A stretch of DNA of 64,000 nucleotides from an uncultured Sphingobacterium sp. Lineage in GTDB: Bacteria > Bacteroidota > Bacteroidia > Chitinophagales > Chitinophagaceae. Location: positions 49,727 to 113,726 of the forward strand of contig CAYTXC010000006.1 of NCBI GenBank assembly GCA_964441425.1, in the 5' to 3' direction. Of the stretch, positions 21,334 through 30,933 are shown piece after piece. Within the stretch, counting starts at the first letter, position 1, and every line of letters starts with the position of its first letter. Below the pieces are notes generated by a model, which made no database searches, was not told the DNA's origin, and saw nothing but the letters and a program-made list of their open reading frames with translations. The translations under genes and the position numbers were made by a program.

Positions 21334-22668
21334 ATGCAGAACTACATTATACGCAATGCGCAAATCGTAAATGAAGGAAAGATCATTGAGGGAGATGTAT
21401 TGATTAAAAATAAACGGATCGAAAAAATCGGATCTGGATTTTCAGCTGTTGGCAACGTAAAAGAAATGGATGCCAATGGAAGATATCTACTTCCAGGTGT
21501 AATTGATGATCAGGTGCATTTCAGAGAACCTGGACTAACCCATAAAGCTACTATTCAAACAGAATCTATTGCTGCAGTGGCAGGTGGTGTAACCAGCTTC
21601 ATGGAAATGCCGAATACAATACCAAATGCACTTACGCAAAAACTACTGGAAGACAAATATGCTATTGGAGCTGCAACTAGCCTAGCTAACTATTCTTTTT
21701 TCATGGGAACTTCAAACGATAATACAGATGAGGTTCTTCGCACTAACGACAAACGCAAAGACGTTTGTGGAATCAAGATCTTTATGGGTGCCTCTACCGG
21801 AAATATGCTGGTAGATAATTACCTCACCCTTGATAAAATATTCAGAGAAGCGGAAGTACTCATCGCGACGCATTGTGAAGATGAAAAAATCATCAGGCAA
21901 AATCTTCAACATTTGGAAGGAACAGATCTAACGCCTGCTCACCATCCTGTAATACGCGATGCAGAAGCTTGTTTCAGTTCTTCTTTCAGTGCTATACAAC
22001 TCGCTAAAAAATATAATACACGTTTACATATCTTACACATAAGTACAGCTCGTGAACTTCAGTTATTCACGAATATGATGCCCCTGGAAGATAAACGCAT
22101 TACCTCTGAAGTATGTGTACATCATCTTCATTTTACAGCTGAGGATTATGAAAAACTGGGATATAAAATTAAATGCAACCCGGCCATCAAAGCACCAGAA
22201 AATAAACAGGCACTTTGGGAAGCATTGCTGGATGACCGCCTAGATATCATCGCAACAGATCATGCTCCACATTTATTGGAAGAAAAAGAACCCCCTTATG
22301 CCCATGCGCATGCCGGACTGCCATTAGTCCAGCATAGCTTGCTGATCATGTTGCATTACGCAAAACAAGGGCGCATCAGCATTGAAAAAATCGTTGAAAA
22401 AATGGCACATGCCCCTGCCCGCTTATTTCAGATCGAAGAAAGGGGATACATACGTGAAGGCTATTATGCCGATTTGGTTTTAGTTGATCTCGAAAAATCT
22501 TATCTTGTAAGAAGGGAAAATCTTTTGTATAAGTGCGGATGGAGTCCTTTTGAAGGCTTCGAATTCTCATCGACCATTACCCATACGTTCGTAAACGGAC
22601 ATCTCGCTTATGAAAATGGAAAAATCGATACATCTTATACAGGGAAGCGGCTATCCTTTAACAGATAA
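21334..22668 (+). CDS. pyrC: Dihydroorotase
   Basis: DDQVHFREPG, EMPNT, carbamylated Lys in GIKIFMG, ATDHAPH. Confidence 0.9.
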   Translation: MQNYIIRNAQIVNEGKIIEGDVLIKNKRIEKIGSGFSAVGNVKEMDANGRYLLPGVIDDQVHFREPGLTHKATIQTESIAAVAGGVTSFMEMPNTIPNALTQKLLEDKYAIGAATSLANYSFFMGTSNDNTDEVLRTNDKRKDVCGIKIFMGASTGNMLVDNYLTLDKIFREAEVLIATHCEDEKIIRQNLQHLEGTDLTPAHHPVIRDAEACFSSSFSAIQLAKKYNTRLHILHISTARELQLFTNMMPLEDKRITSEVCVHHLHFTAEDYEKLGYKIKCNPAIKAPENKQALWEALLDDRLDIIATDHAPHLLEEKEPPYAHAHAGLPLVQHSLLIMLHYAKQGRISIEKIVEKMAHAPARLFQIEERGYIREGYYADLVLVDLEKSYLVRRENLLYKCGWSPFEGFEFSSTITHTFVNGHLAYENGKIDTSYTGKRLSFNR

Positions 22669-22670
22669 CC

Positions 22671-23990
22671 ATGCAAATCGATCAGTACACGTACCACGAC
22701 CTATCCATATTTCATAATGAAGAGGAATATTCTGTATTTCATCGCCTTAATTTCACCCGTACTTTGGGCGGAAAAGAATGGTTGATGCAATATTTCAAGG
22801 AGCCATTCAACGATATATCGAAAATCCGGACTACCCAACAAAGTATTCAGATCATTTATGAAAAACTAGAGCAATGGCCCTTGTCGGTATCCAACGGTAC
22901 TATTTTGGTCCTCGAAAAATTCTACGACTATCAACTTGATCCAATTCCTAAATCAGCAGATGTATTCAATAGTTATACGTATCGATTATTACATGCTCCT
23001 GATTTTTCACTCATCCGATTTTCACTGCAACATTTTGCTGACTTCTTCAAATCCGTAAAAAAAATTCAGGAAATATTACGAAGCGAAAATGTTCCATCCC
23101 GAATTCAGTTTTTGTTAGATATACTTGAAAGCCATCTAAACCATCCAGAGACCCATGAATTAGCAGAACGAAATCATTCTAAACCTTTTATGGTCAGTGA
23201 GGTGATTCGATATGGTCACTTTTTAAAAGAGATCTTCCAGAACAGCATGTTCGAACTAATCAATATCTATTGCCAATTCGATGCCTGGTATTCCATGGCA
23301 ATGGCGATGAAAAAATTTAATCTAAACTTTCCAGAGATTATCGAACAGAAAGAACCTTTCCTTCAGGCAGAGGGCATGTATCATTTGTTGATACCGGAAG
23401 CTATTCCCTATGATGTACAAATGAGTCGGGAAACAAATTTCATCTTCCTAACTGGTGCAAATATGGCTGGGAAAAGTACATTCATTAAATCTGTGGGATT
23501 ATCGGTATTTCTTGCCCATATCGGCATGGGCGTACCTGCAAGATCCTTGAAGCTGAGCCTGTTTGATGGAATACTCAGTAATATTAATGTGACCGATAAC
23601 ATCGTAAAAGGCGAAAGCTTTTTCTATAATGAAGTTCAGCGTATTCGAAATACTGTTTTGAAAATAAATGATGGCAGAAAATGGCTGGTATTGATCGATG
23701 AACTTTTCAAGGGAACCAATATTCAAGATGCGATGAAATGTTCATTAACTGTAATTAGAGGATTGATCAAGATCAAGCAATCCCTATTTATACTATCCAC
23801 GCATTTATATGAAATTGGTGACGCGTTAAAAGCATATCCGAATATTAGTTTCAAGTATTTTGAAACATCCATTACAGAGAAAGATATCCATTTCAGTTAT
23901 CAACTAAAAGAAGGGGTCAGCAATGACAGATTGGGATATCTAATTCTGCAAAGAGAAGGCGTTGTGGAGATGTTAGATTCAATTAATTGA
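22671..23990 (+). CDS. MutS-related ATPase (domain V, lacking mismatch-binding domain I)
   Basis: LTGANMAGKST Walker A, GESFFYNEV, LIDELFKGTN Walker B, STH. Only 439 aa. Confidence 0.88.
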   Translation: MQIDQYTYHDLSIFHNEEEYSVFHRLNFTRTLGGKEWLMQYFKEPFNDISKIRTTQQSIQIIYEKLEQWPLSVSNGTILVLEKFYDYQLDPIPKSADVFNSYTYRLLHAPDFSLIRFSLQHFADFFKSVKKIQEILRSENVPSRIQFLLDILESHLNHPETHELAERNHSKPFMVSEVIRYGHFLKEIFQNSMFELINIYCQFDAWYSMAMAMKKFNLNFPEIIEQKEPFLQAEGMYHLLIPEAIPYDVQMSRETNFIFLTGANMAGKSTFIKSVGLSVFLAHIGMGVPARSLKLSLFDGILSNINVTDNIVKGESFFYNEVQRIRNTVLKINDGRKWLVLIDELFKGTNIQDAMKCSLTVIRGLIKIKQSLFILSTHLYEIGDALKAYPNISFKYFETSITEKDIHFSYQLKEGVSNDRLGYLILQREGVVEMLDSIN

Positions 23991-24080
23991 TGTTTTCTAC
24001 AAATGAGTTTGCTTTTTTTCTGTTACCATCAACATTATTTCAACAAACTAAATAAGCTTGTGACCAAATAGCTTTACTCC

Positions 24081-25625
24081 ATGCTTGTAAAAACCATGGG
24101 TAGCGCTGTTTTTGGGATTAATGCCACTACCATCTCCATCGAAGTAAGCTGGACGCCAAAAGGGCGTATGTACTATATAGTAGGCTTACCAGATAATGCG
24201 ATCAGAGAAAGCTTTCAACGAATAGAAAGTTCCATTAAATCCATTGGGTACCACATGCCACGAACCAAGATCGTGGTCAACCTCGCTCCTGCTGATATCA
24301 AAAAATCAGGTTCAGCTTTTGATCTTCCCATTGCTATTGGAATTCTTGCCGCATCTGGACAATTGGAATACAATGATGCGTTCACGGATTATACCATAAT
24401 GGGAGAACTTGGACTTGATGGATCAGTTCGTCCCATTAGAGGATCACTTCCTATTGCATTACAAAGTCGAAAAGAGGGATTTAAAGGATTGATCATTCCC
24501 AAACAAAATGCACCAGAAGCGGCTGTATTAGAAGGCATCAATATTTTCGGAGTCGATCATATAACAGATGTAATCGACTTTTTTAGATCTCAACGAACTT
24601 CACTTATACCTATAAAAGTCAATACATCAGAAATTCTTTCGATAGAAGAAGAAACTATCGGAGATTTTATGGATGTAAAAGGTCAGGAAAATATCAAAAG
24701 AGCATTAGAGATAGCTGCGGCAGGCGGGCATAATGTCATTCTCATCGGCCCGCCTGGTGCAGGAAAAACCATGCTGGCGAGGCGTTTCCCTTCCATATTA
24801 CCTCCCCTCACGTTGGAAGAAGCCATTGAAACAACGCGAATTCACAGTGTAGCCGGACAATTAAAAGAAGACAGTAATCTGGTGATCTCAAGACCATTCC
24901 GTTCACCACACCATACCATATCATATACGGCACTCGTTGGTGGTGGAAGCATTCCACAACCCGGTGAAATTTCATTAGCACATAATGGTGTTTTATTTTT
25001 AGATGAACTTCCAGAATTTCATCGTTCTGCTTTGGAAGTGATGCGACAACCCTTAGAAGAAAGAAAAGTAGTGATCAACAGAACAAGATCCGGTGTAGAA
25101 TTCCCTGCATCTTTTGTTCTAATCGCTTCCATGAATCCTTGTCCTTGTGGATATTTTAATCATCCCGAAAAAGAATGTACTTGTCCGCCTGGTACTGTTC
25201 AAAAATACCTAAGTAAAATTTCCGGGCCGCTGCTCGACAGGATTGATATGCATATTGAAGTAACTCCTTTGCCTTTCAATGCTTTAAATGATATGCAGAC
25301 GGGCGAATCTTCTTTAACTATACGAGAACGAGTTAAACTTGCCCGACAGAAGCAGATTCTCCGTTTCAGAGATTATCCCTCCATTTATTGCAATGCACAA
25401 ATGGGAAATAGCCTGATCAGAGAATACATTATCCTCAACAAAGCAGCAAAAGCTCTATTGAAGCAAGCTATGGAAAAACTATGTTTATCTGCAAGAGCTT
25501 ATGATCGCATCACAAAAATGTCTCGAACCATCGCCGATCTGGAGGATTCAGATGAAATTAGAACAGAACATGTAGCGGAGGCCATTCAATACCGCAGTTT
25601 AGACCGAGATTCCTGGGGCAGATGA
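24081..25625 (+). CDS. YifB/ComM Mg-chelatase-like AAA+ ATPase
   Basis: Lon-C-like N-domain (VGLPDNAIRES, NLAPADIKKSGSAFDLPIA), GPPGAGKT, LDELPEF, NPCPCG, SGPLLDRID. Confidence 0.93.
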   Translation: MLVKTMGSAVFGINATTISIEVSWTPKGRMYYIVGLPDNAIRESFQRIESSIKSIGYHMPRTKIVVNLAPADIKKSGSAFDLPIAIGILAASGQLEYNDAFTDYTIMGELGLDGSVRPIRGSLPIALQSRKEGFKGLIIPKQNAPEAAVLEGINIFGVDHITDVIDFFRSQRTSLIPIKVNTSEILSIEEETIGDFMDVKGQENIKRALEIAAAGGHNVILIGPPGAGKTMLARRFPSILPPLTLEEAIETTRIHSVAGQLKEDSNLVISRPFRSPHHTISYTALVGGGSIPQPGEISLAHNGVLFLDELPEFHRSALEVMRQPLEERKVVINRTRSGVEFPASFVLIASMNPCPCGYFNHPEKECTCPPGTVQKYLSKISGPLLDRIDMHIEVTPLPFNALNDMQTGESSLTIRERVKLARQKQILRFRDYPSIYCNAQMGNSLIREYIILNKAAKALLKQAMEKLCLSARAYDRITKMSRTIADLEDSDEIRTEHVAEAIQYRSLDRDSWGR

Positions 25626-25675
25626 CCGGGATAATAGCTTTTCCAATTCCGTTTAGGATTACCGACATTTGCAGA

Positions 25676-27478
25676 ATGAAATTATTGTTCTCCTATCTTC
25701 GCCCGCATAGCTCTCTTGTACTCTTTACGCTAATACTGGCTGGTATTAACACTGGTTTCTCATTGATCGACCCGATCTTATTTGGTAAACTAGTGAACCT
25801 GGCAGCAGAATTTAAAACGGCAAAGGAGTCGGGCCAATCCATGCCGTATTCAGAATATTTCAATCGATTCACCTGGGAAAAACCCGGTGTTTGGTTCATC
25901 CTATTGGCATCCATCTCTGTTGCCATGGTTAGCCGTATTGCCAAGAACTTCCAGGATTTCTTTTTGAATCTGATTATCCAAAAATTCGGAGCGAAAGTTT
26001 TTACTGATGGATTACAACATGCGATGAAACTTCCCTACCAGGAGTTTGAGGATCAACGAAGTGGAGAAACATTGTCGGTTCTTACAAAAGTCCGCACAGA
26101 TGTAGAGAAATTCATGACCTATTGCATCAATGTATTGTTTGGTATTTTAATTGGGATAGTATTCGTTTTTGTTTATGCTTCCGTATATATTCACTGGTCT
26201 ATACCCGTAGCATATATTGGAGGTATTCTAGCCCTATCGTTTATTACCAATGTTCTCAGCAGGAAGCTAAAACAAATTCAGAAATCGATTGTTGGACAAA
26301 CCACCGCTTTGGCAGGTTCTACAACGGAATCGCTTCGCAATATTGAACTGGTAAAAAGTTTGGGTTTAACAGAACAGGAAGTAAACAGACTTAATAAGAA
26401 CACATATAAAATTCTTGGATTAGAACTGACCAAAGTAAAGCGAGTACGCAGTATAAGTTTCGTTCAGGGAACAATGGTAAACACTTTACGACAAATCATT
26501 TTATTTATACTCATGTGGCTGATCTTCAGAGAGCATATGGATGCCGGAGAAATGGTAACTATGCAGTTCTTCTCATTCTATGTTTTTGGACCTTTGCAGG
26601 AGATCGGTAATATTTTACTGTCTTATCGCGAAGCAGAGGCGTCATTGAATAATTTCAATATGCTCATGCAGAAAGCTCCAGAAGCAGAACCAATCAATCC
26701 AGAACGTCTGGAAGATGTAAATGAATTAGAGTTCAGCCAAGTCAGTTTCAAACACCGAAGTGCGAATCATAAAGCTATAGACAATATAAGTTTCGCTGTA
26801 AAAAAAGGTGATACGATTGCATTTGTGGGACCATCTGGTTCTGGTAAAACTACGTTAATGAAATTATTAGTTGGCTTGTATCGCCCACAAGAAGGTAAAA
26901 TTTTATTCAATGGACTCGATGAAACCAAGATTAATTTCAATGACCTTAGAAAACAAATTGGATTTGTAACGCAAGACACTCAATTATTTTCTGGAACAAT
27001 TAAAGAAAATCTCTTATTCGTAAATCCAGCAGCAACAGAAAATGATTTACTGGATGCCTTGAAACGTTCATCGTGCGAGAAACTTTTATCTAGAGCAGAT
27101 AAAGGGCTGGAAACGGTTATCGGCGAAGGGGGGTTAAAACTATCAGGTGGTGAGAAGCAACGCCTGTCGATTGCTCGTGCTTTGTTGCGCAGACCGCGTA
27201 TCTTAATTTTTGATGAAGCAACATCCGCATTGGATTCACTTACAGAGGAGGAAATTACGCAAACAATCAGAGATATTTCTGCTAAAGGAGATCAGATCAC
27301 AATTTTGATTGCACACCGATTGTCAACAATTATGCATTCAGCTAAGATCTATGTATTAGAAGGTGGTGAAGTGGAAGAAACAGGAACACACGAATCACTA
27401 CTGGAATCAAAAGGTTTATATTATGCCATGTGGCGTCAGCAAATTGGGGAACGGAAAAAATCAGGAGTCCTGAACTAA
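25676..27478 (+). CDS. ABC exporter, fused TMD + NBD (MsbA-like)
   Basis: GPSGSGKT, LSGGEKQR, DEATSALD, IAHRLST; N-terminal TM helices. ATG 25676 preferred. Confidence 0.92.
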   Translation: MKLLFSYLRPHSSLVLFTLILAGINTGFSLIDPILFGKLVNLAAEFKTAKESGQSMPYSEYFNRFTWEKPGVWFILLASISVAMVSRIAKNFQDFFLNLIIQKFGAKVFTDGLQHAMKLPYQEFEDQRSGETLSVLTKVRTDVEKFMTYCINVLFGILIGIVFVFVYASVYIHWSIPVAYIGGILALSFITNVLSRKLKQIQKSIVGQTTALAGSTTESLRNIELVKSLGLTEQEVNRLNKNTYKILGLELTKVKRVRSISFVQGTMVNTLRQIILFILMWLIFREHMDAGEMVTMQFFSFYVFGPLQEIGNILLSYREAEASLNNFNMLMQKAPEAEPINPERLEDVNELEFSQVSFKHRSANHKAIDNISFAVKKGDTIAFVGPSGSGKTTLMKLLVGLYRPQEGKILFNGLDETKINFNDLRKQIGFVTQDTQLFSGTIKENLLFVNPAATENDLLDALKRSSCEKLLSRADKGLETVIGEGGLKLSGGEKQRLSIARALLRRPRILIFDEATSALDSLTEEEITQTIRDISAKGDQITILIAHRLSTIMHSAKIYVLEGGEVEETGTHESLLESKGLYYAMWRQQIGERKKSGVLN

Positions 27479-27871
27479 TCAATCTTCTACATCTTTGAGT
27501 ACAACTTCGAGGGCTTCCAAACTCAGGTATATCTCAATGAAAGAACAGATCAATGAAAAAAGTAAGCTCAACAAACTACCTGCAAAAACAAATTTGGCAA
27601 TAACCATCCAACCCTCATAGATTGCATACATACAGATCACACAAAGTAAAAAACTAAATACCCCTGCACCTTGCATAAATCGTATATAACGCAAGCGGGT
27701 ACGAAAGTGCTTGATCTGCTTTAAGGCATTTTCTTTATTCTTATCGTTGGTATAATCGTCATGCAGTTTTCTTACTAAATTGGCAATTGCCAAAAAACGA
27801 TTGGTATAGGCTAATAGTAAAAGACTAATTGCTGGGAAAAGCAGGGCTGGCGTATTAAGGTTGATATCCAT
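27479..27871 (-). CDS. DUF2721-like small membrane protein
   Basis: TPALLFPAISLLLLAYTNRFL...IRFMQ pattern; three hydrophobic segments. Confidence 0.75.
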   Translation of the reverse strand: MDINLNTPALLFPAISLLLLAYTNRFLAIANLVRKLHDDYTNDKNKENALKQIKHFRTRLRYIRFMQGAGVFSFLLCVICMYAIYEGWMVIAKFVFAGSLLSLLFSLICSFIEIYLSLEALEVVLKDVED

Positions 27872-27886
27872 TCATCAAAGATACAG

Positions 27887-27920
27887 ATCAACCTCCAAGG
27901 TAACTACCTTGGAGGTTGAT
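27887..27920. repeat. Perfect 15-bp inverted repeat just downstream of the lipoprotein gene
   Basis: ATCAACCTCCAAGGT-AACT-ACCTTGGAGGTTGAT; no clear U-tract on either side. Confidence 0.85.
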
Positions 27921-27926
27921 ATTGAT

Positions 27927-28475
27927 TTATCTAAGGCGAACCCCGAAATCTAGTTCTACATCTGTTTCACCTTTTGTTACAGGATCACCTGCCGCTTTCG
28001 CAGCTGGTTTATGCTTCAAGGTGATTTTAATACTTCCTTTTCCAGGTGCCCCTGCAGTCCAGGTTGATGTCAACCCTAATGGAAGTCCTTTGCTATCAGC
28101 ATCTAGATTTGAAACATTTAATGCCACACCCGTTGGTTGAAAATACAGCTGGTGATCATTGGCTTCAGCCTTGATTTCAGTTGTAATATTTTCAGCAGGA
28201 CTCGTACTCTCATTCAAAAATTCAAGACTAACGGCATAGCTTTTGTTAGCGTTCAGTATAATACTGTCAAATTTTGTAGGTGCTAATCCACCAGGACCAT
28301 CGCTATCCTTAAATGAAAAGGTTTGCACGTTGGTTGTTCCTGTTTCTGTAACTACTACATTTACAGAGGTGATCAATTCTTCTTCATCATGATCATGGTC
28401 ATCTTTCCCACATGATGTAATTAAACCTACACTGGTCATCAAAAAAAACATGGCTAACATTCTACTTTTCTTCAT
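27927..28475 (-). CDS. Lipoprotein with His/Asp/Glu-rich N-terminus, coupled to the TonB-dependent receptor
   Basis: Lipobox-like ITS-C followed by GKDDHDHDEEE. Overlaps the receptor 3' end by 14 nt. Confidence 0.8.
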   Translation of the reverse strand: MKKSRMLAMFFLMTSVGLITSCGKDDHDHDEEELITSVNVVVTETGTTNVQTFSFKDSDGPGGLAPTKFDSIILNANKSYAVSLEFLNESTSPAENITTEIKAEANDHQLYFQPTGVALNVSNLDADSKGLPLGLTSTWTAGAPGKGSIKITLKHKPAAKAAGDPVTKGETDVELDFGVRLR

Positions 28476-30882
28476 TGTGTTTCATTTTTTGTTTTATAAT
28501 CAAAGGGACTTTAATACGAAGTGAAATATTTCTTCCCATATCATCCGCGAAATAGCGAAATGCATTCATATAATCTCGGTATCGGATATTGAATAGATTG
28601 GTCACCGATAAAATAATACTCAAGTCACGATGCTGCACATCTAATTTGGTACCGAATTCTATTCCGGATAATGTATATGCTGGAGGTGGAGCAGCATAGT
28701 CGGAAGTTTTAATAGTCCCACCCCCAGTAACAGGAAGTTCAATATTACCAGTTGAAGGAACACGAGTTTGTTGACGCACATGCTGCACAGATGCTTTCAT
28801 ATAAGATTGACGGAATTTTCTTCCATCTTTTAAAAGATATTCAGCACTCACTTCGTATCTGTCAGCAGGCATTTGTATCAGCCAATCGCTGGTTACGAGA
28901 TCCTTTGCACGCAGTAAACTTCCCTTAGCCTGCATTCGCAGATGATGATCAACTAGGTAAGAAAGCTGAATATCTATTCCATTCAACCTTGCATCCGTTT
29001 GATCAAAGGCAAAAGTTGGGAAAGCACCGCGAATCGTCAATTGTGGTGGAAAAGAAGGCCTCAAATAAATGAAGTCCGAGATTCGTTTATGGTAAACATC
29101 TATATCAAAAAATAATTTTTCGTCGTGGTATTCAATTGCCGATGCAATACCTAAAGACCTTTCCGTTTGGAGATCAGAACGACCTGTTTCAATTCTTGCT
29201 GCTCCATGATGCAACCCATTACTGAATAATTCGTTGACTTGTGGAGCGCGCCAGGCCGTTGTTCCAGACAATACAAATTTCCAATTATCTTGATGATAAT
29301 TCAGTCCAATATTTCCGGATAACCCATTGAAATTTCTTTTACCATATGCTATTCCCGGAGCCAATTCTCCTCCCATTAAAGTATGGAAAGGTGCCGCATC
29401 ATTATCAGTTATGTTTCGAATATTTTTATAATCAAATCGAGCTCCGCCTTCTATTACCCAATTACCAATTGTATATTTCTCCGCAATAAAAAGACCAAGA
29501 GAAAGTGATTGATAATTCGGAATAAAATATCGGTATGTATATTGATTGATCTGATACATTCCGCTGATACCAACAGAACCCTTCAAGCCTTTACCTCCAA
29601 AATGATCCAGCACAGCATCTAGCCCTGCAGTATGTAATCCTAATTGTAATTGTGGAGCTATACGGGTAGTTGAACGTACAATATCATATTCTCTACGTTG
29701 ATTGAATTGGTATGATCCAGTTACATTTATTCTTGCCGAATGGCCTATATCCTTGAATGATTTCCACTTTAGCAAATGATGCATTACCTGTTGATATGGA
29801 CGATCGATACGATAGGTAAATGGCACATTTTTTATATATGTCGGTGGCTCACCTAAACGGATAGCTTCCATCAAATCCGTGACATTTCCAATGTGAGAGC
29901 CTGAGAAAATCCCAATACGTGTACTGAACAAACTATAAAAAAATTCAGAACCGGAATGCTGCTTTCGCTTACCAACTGTAGCTGACATATTCAATTCCTC
30001 TATTCCTGAATTCGCCAACCCATAATCTGGTGTGCGTGCATTTCCTCCTCGCTTTGCGGTTCCCTGTAACCTCCAAGCAATATCTTTTTTAGCATGAGGA
30101 CTGCCCTCAATCATAGCAGATAAAACACCTTGTCTATTGTTGCTGAAAAAAGCGGTGTTCCATTCCCCATTAACGGTAGCAGTACCATAAGGAAGAAGTT
30201 TAGGTTCTACCAACACTACTCCACCTATGGCATCGCCTCCATAACGAATAGACGAAGCCCCCTTAATAACCGTCAAACGATTCGCTAAAAAAGGATCAAT
30301 TTCCGGAGCATGTTCACTACCCCATTGCTGACCTTCCTGTCGAATGCCATTATTTAGGATTAATACCCGATTACTATGTAAACCATGAATAACGGGTTTA
30401 TAGATATTATTTCCTGTTTGTAATGTAGTTACACCATTTATAGTCCGCAAAGATTCACCCAAACTTAATCCACGAGTGGCATCCAATTGTCTGCCTTTCA
30501 ATTCTGCAACTACAGCAGTGGTACCAGCACCAGCTGATCCACGTACGATTACTTCCTGAAGCTCAGCAGCAGCATGTCCCAATTCAATATCCCTGTGCAG
30601 ATCTCCTTTAATATCAATATGTATAACCTCTTCCTTGCAACTTATGTGGGAAATGACCAATGTATAACTACCCGGACATAACCCCTTCACGCTATACTCC
30701 CCTTTCCTAGTTGTGACCACAGAACGATTCAGTTCACGCACCAAAATAGTTGCATCTGCCAATCGCGCGCGCGTATCTAAATCGCTTACGACTCCAGAAA
30801 CCTCCAGCACACATTGCGCCGAACTGAATGCCGGAAACAAGGTCACCCCTAACAGAAACAAAAAAAAGGTGCATGTTCGCAT
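28462..30882 (-). CDS. TonB-dependent receptor with N-terminal carboxypeptidase-regulatory-like domain (candidate metal uptake)
   Basis: Signal peptide ending SA-Q; plug motif NGIRQEGQQWGSEHAPEID, VIKGASSIRYG; C-terminal GRNISLRIKVP. Confidence 0.92.
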   Translation of the reverse strand: MRTCTFFLFLLGVTLFPAFSSAQCVLEVSGVVSDLDTRARLADATILVRELNRSVVTTRKGEYSVKGLCPGSYTLVISHISCKEEVIHIDIKGDLHRDIELGHAAAELQEVIVRGSAGAGTTAVVAELKGRQLDATRGLSLGESLRTINGVTTLQTGNNIYKPVIHGLHSNRVLILNNGIRQEGQQWGSEHAPEIDPFLANRLTVIKGASSIRYGGDAIGGVVLVEPKLLPYGTATVNGEWNTAFFSNNRQGVLSAMIEGSPHAKKDIAWRLQGTAKRGGNARTPDYGLANSGIEELNMSATVGKRKQHSGSEFFYSLFSTRIGIFSGSHIGNVTDLMEAIRLGEPPTYIKNVPFTYRIDRPYQQVMHHLLKWKSFKDIGHSARINVTGSYQFNQRREYDIVRSTTRIAPQLQLGLHTAGLDAVLDHFGGKGLKGSVGISGMYQINQYTYRYFIPNYQSLSLGLFIAEKYTIGNWVIEGGARFDYKNIRNITDNDAAPFHTLMGGELAPGIAYGKRNFNGLSGNIGLNYHQDNWKFVLSGTTAWRAPQVNELFSNGLHHGAARIETGRSDLQTERSLGIASAIEYHDEKLFFDIDVYHKRISDFIYLRPSFPPQLTIRGAFPTFAFDQTDARLNGIDIQLSYLVDHHLRMQAKGSLLRAKDLVTSDWLIQMPADRYEVSAEYLLKDGRKFRQSYMKASVQHVRQQTRVPSTGNIELPVTGGGTIKTSDYAAPPPAYTLSGIEFGTKLDVQHRDLSIILSVTNLFNIRYRDYMNAFRYFADDMGRNISLRIKVPLIIKQKMKHNEEK

Positions 30883-30887
30883 GCACC
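30860..30887 (-). terminator. Intrinsic terminator-like hairpin overlapping the receptor start codon
   Basis: Minus strand GGTGCATG-CGAA-CATGCACC-T8. The ATG at 30882-30880 lies in the 5' arm. Confidence 0.7.
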
Positions 30888-30904
30888 AAAAATAAGAAAA
30901 AAAT

Positions 30905-30933
30905 TAATTTTTGCAATAATGTTGCAAAAATTA
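30905..30933. promoter_or_regulatory. 12-5-12 perfect inverted repeat: candidate repressor operator for the receptor promoter
   Basis: TAATTTTTGCAA-TAATG-TTGCAAAAATTA covers the expected -33 position of the TATTTTTG box at 30887-30894. Confidence 0.55.

Noticed and set aside
28441-28448. T8 run in the lipoprotein signal sequence (and the T8 at 30860-30867) as phase-variation tracts
   Set aside because: Runs of 8 are common in AT-rich Phe/Leu-rich signal peptides; both ORFs are in frame and there is no evidence of length variation.
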